DNA of 62,488 bases, filler included, from Sluysia triapertura (Eukaryota): assembly GCA_046118255.1 (NCBI GenBank). It is 5 parts of 5 records of this genome, joined end to end, with 100 filler letters (N's around TTAATTAATTAA, not from the genome) between each part and the next. Parts side by side here need not be neighbours in the genome. Positions count along the whole stretch, not along the records: positions 39,123 to 51,155 come from JBJNIA010145943.1; positions 51,256 to 62,488 come from JBJNIA010187058.1; 3 more parts are not named here. One strand, 5' to 3'. Numbering within the stretch: position 1 is the first letter of the stretch; each line of letters opens with the position of its first letter. Under the pieces are notes generated by a model, which was not told where the DNA came from, ran no database searches, and was given only the letters and a program-made list of their open reading frames with translations. Shown piece after piece: positions 41,348 to 53,078 of this stretch. The position numbers were made by a program, and so were the translations under genes.

Positions 41348-42286
41348 TACAAAATAAAGCCTTAAAATTATTTAAAATCACGAAAAAATTATTTAAAATC
41401 ATAAAAAATATTATAAAATCAATTACAATTAATTAAAAACATTTATTTTCCAAAAAAGAAATTATTTTTTCTAAAAAAGAAAATAAAAATTCTAAAAAAG
41501 AAAACTAGCTTCTATAACTAGCATCAATACAATGAAAATCGCCATTAGGAATACCGCCATTTTGAAAATCAGTTGCAGTATTATCAAAAGTATTTCTTAT
41601 TTATTACGATAGTGACAATTTCTTTCAAATCGGATATAATTCGTCATTCTCTCTTCACGGATTCAATCTATTAGGATATATTAGGAATATTCTGCTCTGC
41701 TGTTTTTATTCCATGCAACAAGTAATTTGTTTTTATTAAGATTGATATTTGTTTTATCTTAAATTCCACTTAAAATTATTTTTAGTTTAACTTATTTCTA
41801 AGGTTCCCCGACATATTGAGAGGTAAAATCCACTCTAAACTAACAATTATTGATTATTAAAGACTATTAAAAGTTTTAATAATAAATTTTACCTTTCTGT
41901 CTTATCTATTACGTTTATCCTGCATTATTACTTAAATTGTATAAAATTTTAATTTATTAATAAATAGTTTTATTAGTCGTTCGTGTATTTATTAAACTAT
42001 CTAGTTGTAGGAGCATAAATTTAATTTAAAATATCTCGTTTAACTTATTTTGTTGCAGAGGTGCCTTCTATACGACGTAAGACGCTTACTGCAACCGAAC
42101 CCTGCTAAATTCTCTATTTTGCCGTAGGATTCAACGTTAATTTTAATAAAAACTACAGCAATAGCAAGTATTCGTTTCTTTCAAATATGTAGTAATTTGT
42201 AATAAAGAAGTTGCGGTCAATTCTTCGAAATTTAATACACTAGTACATACATGTTCTTTAAGGAGACAACTAATATTTTTTGCTTT

Positions 42287-43377
42287 TTAACATCCACTAC
42301 GTAAACTACGTAATTTGTTATCGAATTATCCAGTTGGACCTAATTCATTGTTATAATTACTTACTTCTGCAGGACAACGCCATTTTTCCTCTGCATAAAA
42401 TTGATAATATAAAGTGAACATTTAACTCGATTATGGTGTTCACCTTCATCTCGATTTAAATGTTTAATTAATGTTTTATCACGCATTGAACGATATTTGT
42501 CATAAAGTGGTGCTTCGTCATCAATGAATACACAAATATTTTCGATACCTTTTCGTGAACTTTTGATATTTTATAAAATAGTGTATTAACGTTTGGAGTA
42601 CTTTCATAACGACTTTCATACACACATCACGTATACGGTAGCCATTTGGTTGACGTGCCAGACCTAGTACAATCATATCTTGTACCATATCATTAATTCA
42701 CGAATACATTCTAAAGTAATATCCTGACTGTTTGATAAAGTATAATTGAATGTGATTGTATTTTGATGAATAGTCATCCTACCTTCATGTTCCAGAGTTA
42801 CTAAATCCCAATTGTCCTCGATAACGTTCCTTGAAACTACAACTGTCCGACTTGCATGTTTACATTGATCACGATTTGTTGGACAAGTCTTGTGGCAAAA
42901 TAATTGATTACTAGCATCCGCCTTACAACCGAGTTCATCATCACAGAATCCAATTTCTTACTATTAACTCATTTCTTTTAATTTTGATTCACCTTCTTTA
43001 AGATAAGTTTCCCATTCTTCTAATACTTTATTATTATATTCATCAGGATAAGATTTAGCTAAATTTACCAAATCTTCTAAGGCAACTAAAATAAATTTGG
43101 CAGTCATTTTGATTTCGATTTTTCCTTTTTCATCTAATACAGGTAGCGTTTCGAATAAATACGTCCTAATGTTACATAAATTAGCTCCAGTTTCTCGAGG
43201 ACATTCTAAACATCTTTCGATAGATTTTAATTCACTTTCCTTTTTCAATGTTTGTTCTTTTCTACTTTCAAAAAGAATAATTATAGTTTCTATTGATATT
43301 TCATATAACTCTCTATTTGTTTTTATGGCTACAGCAGATATTACCATAAATGAAGAAAATAATTTAAAAAATATCAT
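42287..43377 (-). pseudogene. Intronless secreted Cys-rich protein, disrupted
   Basis: Signal-like MIFFKLFSSFMVISAVA; 137 codons, then TAA-TAG-TAA, then in-frame EIGFCDDELGCKAD..CHKTCPTNRDQC; later frameshifts; ends FDNKLRSLRSGC*. Confidence 0.55.
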
Positions 43378-43721
43378 TGATAAAACTGAAAACAAAAGAA
43401 AAAAAAAGAAAAGTTGATAAAGACATAATAATGGTAACGATAACGTGATTATTATATGTTTTAAAATAATGGTATTGTTGATGTTAATATGAAAGTTATT
43501 ATGTGGTAATAGTGGCAATTACATTATATGACAATAATCCTAATAATTATTATATATTTTAATACGACTGGAATTATAATAACAATAGCTATAGTTCATG
43601 ACAGTTATGTACAATGGTTATTTTTGTTTTTGAATGAGTCTAGTAGTTTGTTTAATGTTCTATGTATGTATGAAATGCTTTTATGTAATGAAGCATGGCT
43701 ATTTTGATGTGATTTCTTTAC

Positions 43722-44290
43722 ACTTACATAATCACCAACTTTACATTTAAGTTTATTTTTGTTTCCTTTTGCTACACTTCCATAAAGTCAATTGATTAAT
43801 ATCTATAGGTTTACATCCATGAAGTCCGCAGTAATTACTCTGATTATATGCATCAATTTTATTAGTTAATATATTAATCCATTTTTAAATCTCTTTCTAC
43901 TATCTTGTACTGACTAAACACTGAATAATGACTAATACCATATTTTTCTAGCGCGTTTTCACATCTTTATTGTAAAACTATTTACATAAATCAGTTTGAA
44001 AATTTATAGGTTTGTTGTTTTTAATTAACATCGTTAGTGTTTCACTCACATCTTTACTATTCTTTGATTTAACTGGTAGTGCTTTGGAAAATCTTGAAAA
44101 CACGTCACGCAATTTAAAATATATTTGTAACAATTATTAAATTTTGAAAAAGAAATCATTTCCATTAAATCAGCCTGCCATAATTCATTTAGTTCTCCAG
44201 TACTATTTTATAGTCATGCGTATAAATTTTGAATGAGCCTTGACTGATTGGTTTATGATTAAGACTGACGTGACTTAAGTAATAATCTAT
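43722..44290 (-). mobile_element. Maverick/Polinton-type retroviral-like integrase relic
   Basis: HKP...ELWQADLMEMISFSKFNNCYKYIL..VFSR..ALPVKSKNSKDV...FQTD...FYNK..EKYGISHYSVFS...KVGDYV. Confidence 0.8.
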
Positions 44291-45049
44291 AATCTTGTTC
44301 ATTTCTATAAGATGCATACAGAAATTATTGATATTGACAAAAGCAACTTTCCTTAATTTTTTGACAGATTCTCCTCAACAATTTAATGAACATTACAAAA
44401 AGATCTCTGTTTATTTATTGCATTTATACATACAATTGATTCGAATAAACTAAATTTATTTTTGCTTGAAGGGTGAACCGGAAATTATTCACCCAAACAC
44501 AAAAATAAAAGTAAACTTCAATTAAAAAATAACAAAGATAATAATTATAAAAATGTTCAAAGTGAAATGCACTAGATAATAAGTTCTTTACAGGGCCTCT
44601 TCTTTTTAGTATCAATTTATCATGTCTATAAAACTTTTCAGACTTGTTTACGTTTACAAAATATAACTTTTCAGCTTTATACATAAGTAGATTAAAGTAT
44701 TTGATGATGTTCATGTTCAAAATCAAGATAGTTGAGGAATACTTACATAAACATTTAAATGGAGTAGCTGGGGAACCAGTAGAAATCACACAATCTAGCA
44801 AGACAATTGAACCATAAATGAGTATTAATGTTTGTTGTCCTAGAGATTCTTCATAATTAATTGCAGGATCAGAATCGGAAAATCTTGATTTTACTTTACC
44901 GATTAAAATTACTAATATGATCGTTCCTAGAAAGTGATTGTTTTGCAAAATAATGCTTTTAATTTTGAACTCATTTCGACCAGGTACTATTAATACTATT
45001 AAACCTTTAATACTATTAAAATTTTATTTAAAAAATATAATAAACCTTA

Positions 45050-45540
45050 ACACTCTAATATTCACATATCATCTTTGCCACACTTATAGAACAGTTCATC
45101 TGTCAAAGGTAAGTCATATTCACTATCTTGTAACATACACATCACATTTACACCAACAGATCCATCAAAAATATTTTACTCCACATTCATAACAATCAAA
45201 CAACAACCATATTCGAAATTATCCACTCGATACCTTCGAATCAATTACAACACCTTAAATCCATAATTTGTCATCACATAACTACCAACAACACAAAACA
45301 ACAAGAAAACAAATCACGTATAACATTGCACAATAACCTTTCAAATATACTAATAGTTGTACTATAATTTATCTTTTCACATTTACTAAACCACTCTCTC
45401 AACGCATCTTACGGTCACAATCTTCCAACATTCAAATATTACTCTCAATCAAGAACTTAATTCACCATCTAAAAATTCATTACAGCATTCTCCATTTCAC
45501 TATATTGCATAAAAACTGCTATCACACCTTTAAATGTTAA
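45050..45540 (+). mobile_element. Probable LINE RT relic
   Basis: A/C-rich strand bias and FTPTDPSKI (FxPTxxxEI); highly decayed. Confidence 0.3.
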
Positions 45541-45814
45541 TTACATATGCAAAATTTACTTAGATTAATTTGTACGTGAAGATTTTAGCTTTAAACATAT
45601 TTAAATGCAGTCCAATATGTTCAGAAATCATTAGGAGTTAAAAGAAGATTGTGTACAATTTTTAAAGAATCCAAAAGTTTATGCAATGCAATGACAACAA
45701 TAACTTTAACATTGTTCATCTTATTACTGTTGTTATTGCATTCAATTCAAAATATGTTAAGAATTATTCAAAAGAAAGAAAGATCTTGTTTTATAACGAT
45801 AAAGAAATGCATGC

Positions 45815-45865
<51 letters not shown>

Positions 45866-46258
45866 TGTAACATAATAATAATAATCAAAATAATAATACT
45901 AATTATTTAAAACTGCAGTTACAACCAACTTTGTCACCGCCATTACCATCGATGACATTTCGTTAAAGATTTAAAATTGATTGTCAACGATGATGATGGC
46001 GGCCATCATTGTTGGCTAAATCATTAAAAATTCATGACTATATTGATTATCCAAACAGAAACGTGTATGTCTAGACATCAGTTACATGGTTTTGTTGGAT
46101 AACCAATCATTAAGGTAATTCAACAAAGAATTCATGTCTAAATGTCATTAAAAAGTGTAAAATAATAAATAAACTTACAAAAATGTTTTCAACAAAGCAA
46201 TAACAAAAGAATAGTTACTAAAACTCGAAAGTATTCAACGTAATTCGTGCTATATGTA

Positions 46259-46705
46259 ATGGATGAAAAACCAAAACTACGTGAAATTAAAAGATTATAA
46301 GAAACACAATGTAATTATGCTTACCAAATATCTGATATTTTATCACAGTCGTCTCCAGCATCAACGGATAATAGCAACAAATTATTTAGTTCAATAATTA
46401 GTAAATTATATGCAAAATTCAAATTTATCATGGAACGATATTACTTAATCTACGTAAGCAATTCAGAATACATAGTTCCAGTTTCAGAATGGCCATTGGA
46501 TCCAATGTATAGTAAGTGTTTATTAAATTTCATAGAAATAGTTCAGCCGACGAGAGTGAACGTTTTAATGGAATATATTATGTTTTTAGATTTTCTATTA
46601 TCTAAAAACAATATGTTTATAGATATAAAAAGTAATATCACATTTGGTCGAACGAATAATGCAGATGATTACTTCAAATGATTTTTTGAAACGCCACAGA
46701 TGTAA
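46259..46705 (+). pseudogene. Intronless orphan ORF with two internal stops
   Basis: MDEKPKLREIKRL*ETQC...MERYYLIYV...DDYFK*FFETPQM*; single frame, no indels. Confidence 0.4.
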
Positions 46706-47284
46706 TAAAGAGAATATCATCATTTCATGTAACATTTTGTTGACTGTTTGTATTAAAGTTAATTTTAAACCTTTAGTACAAGATGACACGGAACTACAAG
46801 TTACATTGTCATTCAGCCATTTTATGGTATTTTCTAATAAATCAATTATAACGTTTTGCTATCAATTATTATATTTTATATTATATATAAAGTACGTAGC
46901 AAATGTTCGTGGATACTCTGCTAAAGTCTAAAGGGGAATTGTAGATTAACATTGTTTAATACAACGTTAATGTGGTTTAATGAATAATGTTGTGAGATAA
47001 CTGAGCGTTAAACTTGTGAGGTAATTAATATTTAAATGTGCAAAGTATGTAGATGATCTGCGGAGTGAATTTGTCTAGTGTAACGTTCTTGTTGAATGAT
47101 TTAAAGTTCAAATTATGTACTGGATAGCGTTGTGAATTTATTAACTATAAAGGTTGTGAGATACAGAATGCATTAAGAACTATTAGATGATCTAGGAATG
47201 TGTGATTTGCATTGGGAATTTTGTTGAATATGTTATTATGTGCTCATTTTGTAGTTAAATTAGATGTCATGAGTTGAGCCACAT

Positions 47285-47430
47285 TTTATATTTACCTTTT
47301 AGAAATATTCGTCTCACTGGCTTGTTAAGTCAGTATGCCAACTGATTTCTCAACCATTTTGTTGTCTTTTTTGCTACCTTTTCTACTTGTGTAACCAACT
47401 GGGTCTTTCGGGTTGAACCGTATATCCATT
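47285..47430 (-). mobile_element. Second Maverick integrase fragment (N-terminus)
   Basis: NPKDPVGYTS...KWLRNQLAY*LNKPVRRIF matches YNPxxP...WLxxQxAYxLHKPxRxxF. Confidence 0.65.
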
Positions 47431-47986
47431 GTTTTTGTTTTCATCTTCTTTTTTGATCCTCCATTACAACAAATTGGAGGTCTTATGAAATCTGACTGAT
47501 TAGGCTGGCCTACAACTTCTTATTACTTCTTTTACATATGTTATATTTTAGACAGTAACAGATTTTTTCTTACTCTTAAATTAAGAGTCCTATCCTTAAT
47601 TTATCTCGTCCTGTTTAATATTATGAAATTATTTATTTTTAGGGCCGATTTAAGGTCAGGCCAAAACGATCTTACTACTTCATTAAATATTTGACATAAC
47701 CTTAAGATTTTCTGAATTTCGTTGACCTCCAATACTTTCACTCCACAAACCCAACGGCTGGCCCTAGCTGGTAGGCCCAGTACGTTGGTGAACTCACAAT
47801 TTTAATTCAACTTTTATTCTGCTTTTTCTCACATATCTATGGAAATTGAATTCGACTTAAGGTCGTGAATTAACAAGTAATTATAACATTAATAACAAAT
47901 AAAGAAAGATGAATTATTAAACAGATAAAAAATGAACACTAAATTGTTACTTGACAATAAAAGTGAATTGTTAATGGCCCATTTAT

Positions 47987-48290
47987 TATTCTAAGCTGGA
48001 ACAGCAGCAACGTTAATAATTTCAGCAATGTGCGGATCTCTATCATTTAACACGTGTTACACTTTGTCATCCCACTCTAAGGTTCTTCCATTTCTTATTA
48101 GTTTTATGACTTTTATTTCTATACAACCAGTATGAATATTCTTTAGTAAAACTGTCTTTATATAACTAATTCAGCTAGCTGACGAATGCTTAAATCATCA
48201 TCAACACATACCTCAGCTATTCTTTTGTAGTTGGTATAAACTGTAACTGCAACTTCTAGAGATAATAAGTTGGTCTTTCTGAAATAATCT
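47987..48290 (-). pseudogene. Decayed ORF resembling a Par3/HAL N-terminal ubiquitin-like domain
   Basis: VTVYTNYKRIAEVCVDDDLSIRQLAELVI...IKLIRNGRTLEWDDKV*HVLNDRD; stops and frameshift. Confidence 0.25.
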
Positions 48291-48646
48291 AGTTTTTTAT
48301 GGTGTAAAATTTATAGAAGTGACTCAATGCATCTTATGAAATTAACATTTTCTTTTGAACAAAAGCAAACTTTTGCTGATCTAACGTAATTTCCAGTTAC
48401 TTAATTTGGCGTTATCGTCATTTTTTAATGAATGATCTTGTCAGCATCGTAACTTGAGACCCTTATCAGTACAGTCACCCAAATACTTTCTGTTGCAATA
48501 GATACTTCCATTTTTCGTCGACTTCTATTTTCCTTTATTTTCTAGTAGAGATTTCTTGTAGTTATGACTGAGGTGATCGGTTATCGACGAATTTTATTTA
48601 AGAAATTACTAATGAAATGATAGTAATAAAAATAAAAATAAAATAA

Positions 48647-48686
<40 letters not shown>

Positions 48687-48752
48687 TTAATAATATTAAT
48701 AATAAGAAGAAGCAGAAGAATTATTATTACAGTGTATGATTTATTTTAAGTA

Positions 48753-48825
48753 CCGTATTTTCTTGCTTATAACCCGCAGGCTATACATTAACAAAAGTGT
48801 ATTTTTGTGGTGCGGGTTATATTTA
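48753..48825. mobile_element. Single Tc2/pogo-type terminus
   Basis: TA-ccgtattttc followed by inverted ataacccgca...tgcgggttat. Confidence 0.4.
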
Positions 48826-49226
48826 AAAAGTTGACTTTTATAATGCCAACACAAATTACAATATTATGGTTTAAAAGGACAGTGTAGGTAACCACATATT
48901 TTCACATCAAAATTACAAACACACTTCATCACATATGAACATTTCTTTCATAAACAAAACACTAAATAAACTACTTGACTCATTCAAAAACAAACATAGT
49001 CATTGTGTACATAATTATCATTAGTTATATTTATTGTTATCATGACATCTATCATAATAATCTATTATCGTCAACATTTAATTTAAACTTCATTTTTTAA
49101 TTATTATTATTATTATAACTTTCGTTATTGTCACACTTTACACCGTTTTACCTTTCTCATTCTTTTTGTTTGTATGCATGTGTATATATAACATTGTATA
49201 TATGTCTGCGTTTTTTGTATGTATAA

Positions 49227-50720
49227 TTATTCTTTTTCACTCTTCTTTTCAAAGTATCTATATGCAATTATGATCAATTCATTTTTGTGAAAAAATTCAA
49301 CATTTTTCAAAGTTATTATGGAACTATTAATCAAAAGTATAAATTTTCTCCAAAAATTATGGTGAAAGTAAAATACTGAAATCAAAAACACAATTAATAA
49401 AAACACTTTAACTAAATAAAAGTATCGAAATTTTATTGTATAATATAGAATTTTATTTAATTCCACATGTTGATCATAGTCCTCACATCTAACTGTTGCG
49501 CATCTTGGTATCCAAATGGTATTCCTTTTATCTAAAAAATAGTCAAATAAAAAATCAGGATTATAAATAGTACAATCAGCAGATAAATAAAGATCAAATA
49601 CCTTATGAAAGTCCTCGAACATGTGCGTGATAATAACGATAACATTGTTCTCCAAGCTTATGGAACATTGATGAACCAGAACCAGAATAGGAAGCGTAAT
49701 GGTGATGTATTCTTAATTGAAAATTGTAAATATCGTCGAAGAGGTTACAAGTAAATTTGTCCACGTAGGATTTAGTCTATTTGCTTCGATATGTTTAGTG
49801 TTTGATCGTACAAACTTCTGTAAAATAGAATCGCAGGGAATAATTAGTTTTATTAAATTTCCAACATGAATTTTGTAAACGTTTACTTGTTTCATGTTAG
49901 ATCGATCACTATGTTGTAAAATTACGTTACAAGACATCGTTAGCTTTATCAAATGCTTTATGTTTGATTTACTACTAACTTGTGAAATTGAATTGCATGA
50001 AATCATCAACTTTATGTACTGTTTTACCTTTGATTCATTAATAATTTCTGGGATTGAATTACATAAAATCATTAACTTTGTGAAATATTTTATCATGGAT
50101 TCATTAATAACTTGTGAAATTGAATTATATGGAATCATCAACTTTAAGGAATGCTTTATCTTTGATTCATTATGAACTTGTAAGATTGAACTGTAAGAAA
50201 TCATTAACTTTATGAAATACTTTATCACGAATTCATTACTAACTTGTTGGATTGAATTATATAAAATCATTAACTTTATAAAATACTTTGTCTTGGATTC
50301 ATTAATGACTTGTGAAATTGAATTATATGAAATCATCAGCTTTAAAGAGTACTTTAACTTTGATTCATTATGAGCTTGTAAGATTGAATCGAATGAAGTC
50401 ATTAACTTTATGAAATACTTTATCATGGATTCATTAATAATTTGTGAAATCGAATTATATGAAATCATCAGCTTTAAAGAATACTTTAACTTTAATTCAT
50501 TATGAACTTGCAAGATTGAATCGGATGGAGTCATCAAATCATAATTTTTTAATATTAAGATTAAGTTTGAAAGGTATAAATGTTTTACATAGTGAAATAC
50601 TTCCTTATTTTTAATATTCTCAACAGTTGTATTTACATTACGAGAAACCGAATTAGTAAATTTATTTGTCACATCGGTATGATTTTTATCAACAGCAGAA
50701 TAAACGAGTTTATCTACCAT
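49227..50720 (-). CDS. Intronless ~497-codon ORF: 22-aa tandem repeats plus hydrophobic C-terminus, one internal TAA
   Basis: Track ORFs 49713-50720 and 49227-49655 are in one frame separated only by TAA at 49713-49715; repeat consensus MISYNSISQVxNESxIKYFIKL. Confidence 0.6.
49880..50540. repeat. 66-bp tandem array, 9 clear units plus a degenerate one
   Basis: gattcatta..a.cttgt.a.attgaatt.tatgaaatcat.aacttta recurs every 66 nt. Confidence 0.92.
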
Positions 50721-51155
50721 AAATTTTAATTTTGCCAGCGATTGTGATATTTTTAATTTTTGACTCTCTTTTCACTAAGTATTGAGATTTGTACTTTTAA
50801 TTGAGTATGATATTGTGACTACTTATTGCGAAAATTTTTATCTCTAAATTTTTACTGCTGCCCAATCAGAGTTTTCTAATTATAGTAAGTAATAATTAAC
50901 TCTGATTGGGTATATCGATCACAGCAAAACCAGCAGAATGTTGGCAAAGAGCAGTAAAACACCTGCCGTCATCAGTAATGTCATTGTGGTGACAGTTCTA
51001 ATCAGTGTAAATAGTACTGATGACGGCGGTAACCAAATTAATGTAAATAAATGTTATTAATTTGGTTAAATGATAAAAATAATAATGAAAAATGGTAATA
51101 ATAACAATACTAATAACAATAATAGTATTGTTATTATTATTGTTGTTAATAAAAA

Positions 51156-51255
51156 NNNNNNNNNNNNNNNNNNNNNNNNNNNNNNNNNNNNNNNNNNNNT
51201 TAATTAATTAANNNNNNNNNNNNNNNNNNNNNNNNNNNNNNNNNNNNNNNNNNNN
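51156..51255. other. Artificial contig linker
   Basis: Same N44-TTAATTAATTAA-N44 structure. Confidence 0.98.

Positions 51256-51325
<70 letters not shown>
51256..51325. repeat. (AAT)n microsatellite at contig start
   Basis: Direct reading. Confidence 0.95.
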
Positions 51326-51369
51326 TAAATAAAAAGTAAACATTATGTTTAAAGTTAAGTAAATAAAAG

Positions 51370-51464
51370 GAAGACAATTTCGAACCCCAAATGCTTATTG
51401 TGGATTTCGTATGTCTGCAGCTGGTGATTCATCGGTAGCATCACCACCTTCATGTCCAGTGCAG
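51370..51464 (+). CDS. Candidate exon encoding the end of an FN3 domain, upstream of the TM exon at 59421
   Basis: RQFRTPNAYCGFRMSAAGDSSVASPPSCPVQ resembles YxFRVxAxxxxGxSxPSxPV; phase-0 donor cag/gt matches the 59421 acceptor; its own acceptor is weak. Confidence 0.4.
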
Positions 51465-52929
51465 GTTTGGAAGTTGACTCCAGATTTGGAACAATTAACA
51501 TTATTTGTTAATCTCACGATATTTTCTATTTCTTTTAGTTTTAATATAAAGTTATCGAAGTATGTTATAAATTCATAAATACAGTAAGGCAAGTTTGTAT
51601 AAATTAATAAATGCAAATCTTATTTAAATGCCAATACAAAAGAGCTGCTGGTTTCACCTCACGTTTTTTAAGATCAGAACAGATAATATCACAACTTTGG
51701 TGTTTTAAATAAGAAAATCGCACAGTCCGGCTCGAAAATGCTGTCGCATTCAGCATACTTCTCAGACCGAGCACCCTCTAATTATTCCTTGTTTTGAAGG
51801 GAAAAACCTATAAATTTTCGAAATGATATAGGTAAAGATTTTGATAAATAGTATAATAAGGTCGATCCCAATAAATAGTACAAGCCTAAGATAGTAATAA
51901 AAATTTGTAATGTAAATTACATCTAAGACATTACTAAAATCAAATAAATTTGTATTAAGTTTATAGTACCATATTCAAAGTTTTAATACATAAATTAATT
52001 TTATTTTTATATTTGCATGAGTTAAATAGATAATTTTGTAATATGACGAAATCGAAATTTATCATCAATATTAACTGAACGATACAATAGTAATCCAAGA
52101 TGAATATGCACAACAAATTTTATCCGGAAAAATTATACCATACTACATTTATTTATAAAACTTCTGTTAAAGATAACGAATATCTTTGTTAATCGATTAA
52201 TGATACGAATACAAAGATAGAAAAAAATGATGAAAAATTAATTGCAAAAATATTTTAAACATTACTTAATGGAATGAAATTATTTTTTAATTGAATAATT
52301 TGTAATTTAATGGATTTTCGCAATTAATATTGAACAAATTTAAGATTCGTGAATAAATTGTCATCTATCCGACGAACAAAATCATAATTAGTTCTCAAAC
52401 TTGATTTGGTCATCCAAAATACTATTCACTTATGTATTCGTATTTTAATCAAGTAGTAGGTTATTTTTTGTAGTCATACACTATTTTTTCTGAGGGAGAT
52501 AAAACAATCTTACTTTACTCGTTGGTTCTAGACCAATTATAAAATCATTATTAAAATCACCTATTCGATAGAAATAATTATTATTTTATTACTTAATAAC
52601 GTACTTGTTGATATTTGAAAAGTTCAAAATAAATAAAAGGAACACGAAAGACAGACACGATAAATAGAGAATTTGAAATAAGAAATAGAATCGTAGAACT
52701 TCCAACATAACGCATAAAGTAAAATCCACAAATAAAGTGGTTGTCTTAGCATTTTATTCTGTCATCGCCGGCGTCATTTCAACATTTAAAAATCATGTAA
52801 GTTAATATATTGTAATTGCATAATTATTATTATCCGTACGGATATTCTTAATTAGTAAACTTACTCTGGTTACTCATAGACACAGTGGAATTGTTGAGGC
52901 TTATGACACAAGTTCCCTATAAAATGAAT

Positions 52930-53078
52930 CTATTTCAAATTTATCAATAAAAAACTCGGAAATGAAATACAGCTTCATTTTCAAATTCCACAATTAATTT
53001 CGAATTTGAGTCTAAAATTTATAGTAAACTGTCGTGTGACATTAGATTGAGTTTTCCTGGAAAATCTATGGGTATGGG
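52930..53078 (-). pseudogene. Decayed LCMT2/TYW4 C-terminal exon
   Basis: PIPIDFPGKLNLMSHDSLL*ILDSNSKLIV, frameshift, then SCISFPSF; compare LMLHxHxS...GGGGNCFSFG. Confidence 0.35.

Noticed and set aside
44424-44948. 174-aa ORF as Maverick packaging ATPase
   Set aside because: No intact Walker A or B motif on either strand; cannot assign
43395-49170. ~300-bp inverted repeat (43395-43722 vs 48885-49170) as Maverick TIRs
   Set aside because: Copies are diverged, one cuts the integrase, and a similar stretch occurs at ~38100-38400 on another contig; better explained as a dispersed repeat, probably LINE 3' ends
49880-50540. CRISPR-like array
   Set aside because: Contiguous 66-bp coding units without unique spacers; eukaryotic context; no cas genes
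42287-50720. Ciliate-type genetic code (TAA/TAG = Gln) for contig 4 ORFs
   Set aside because: The 335-aa part has many Gln, all CAA/CAG, with only one TAA; ORFs also end in TAA and carry frameshifts or TGA; host exons use the standard code
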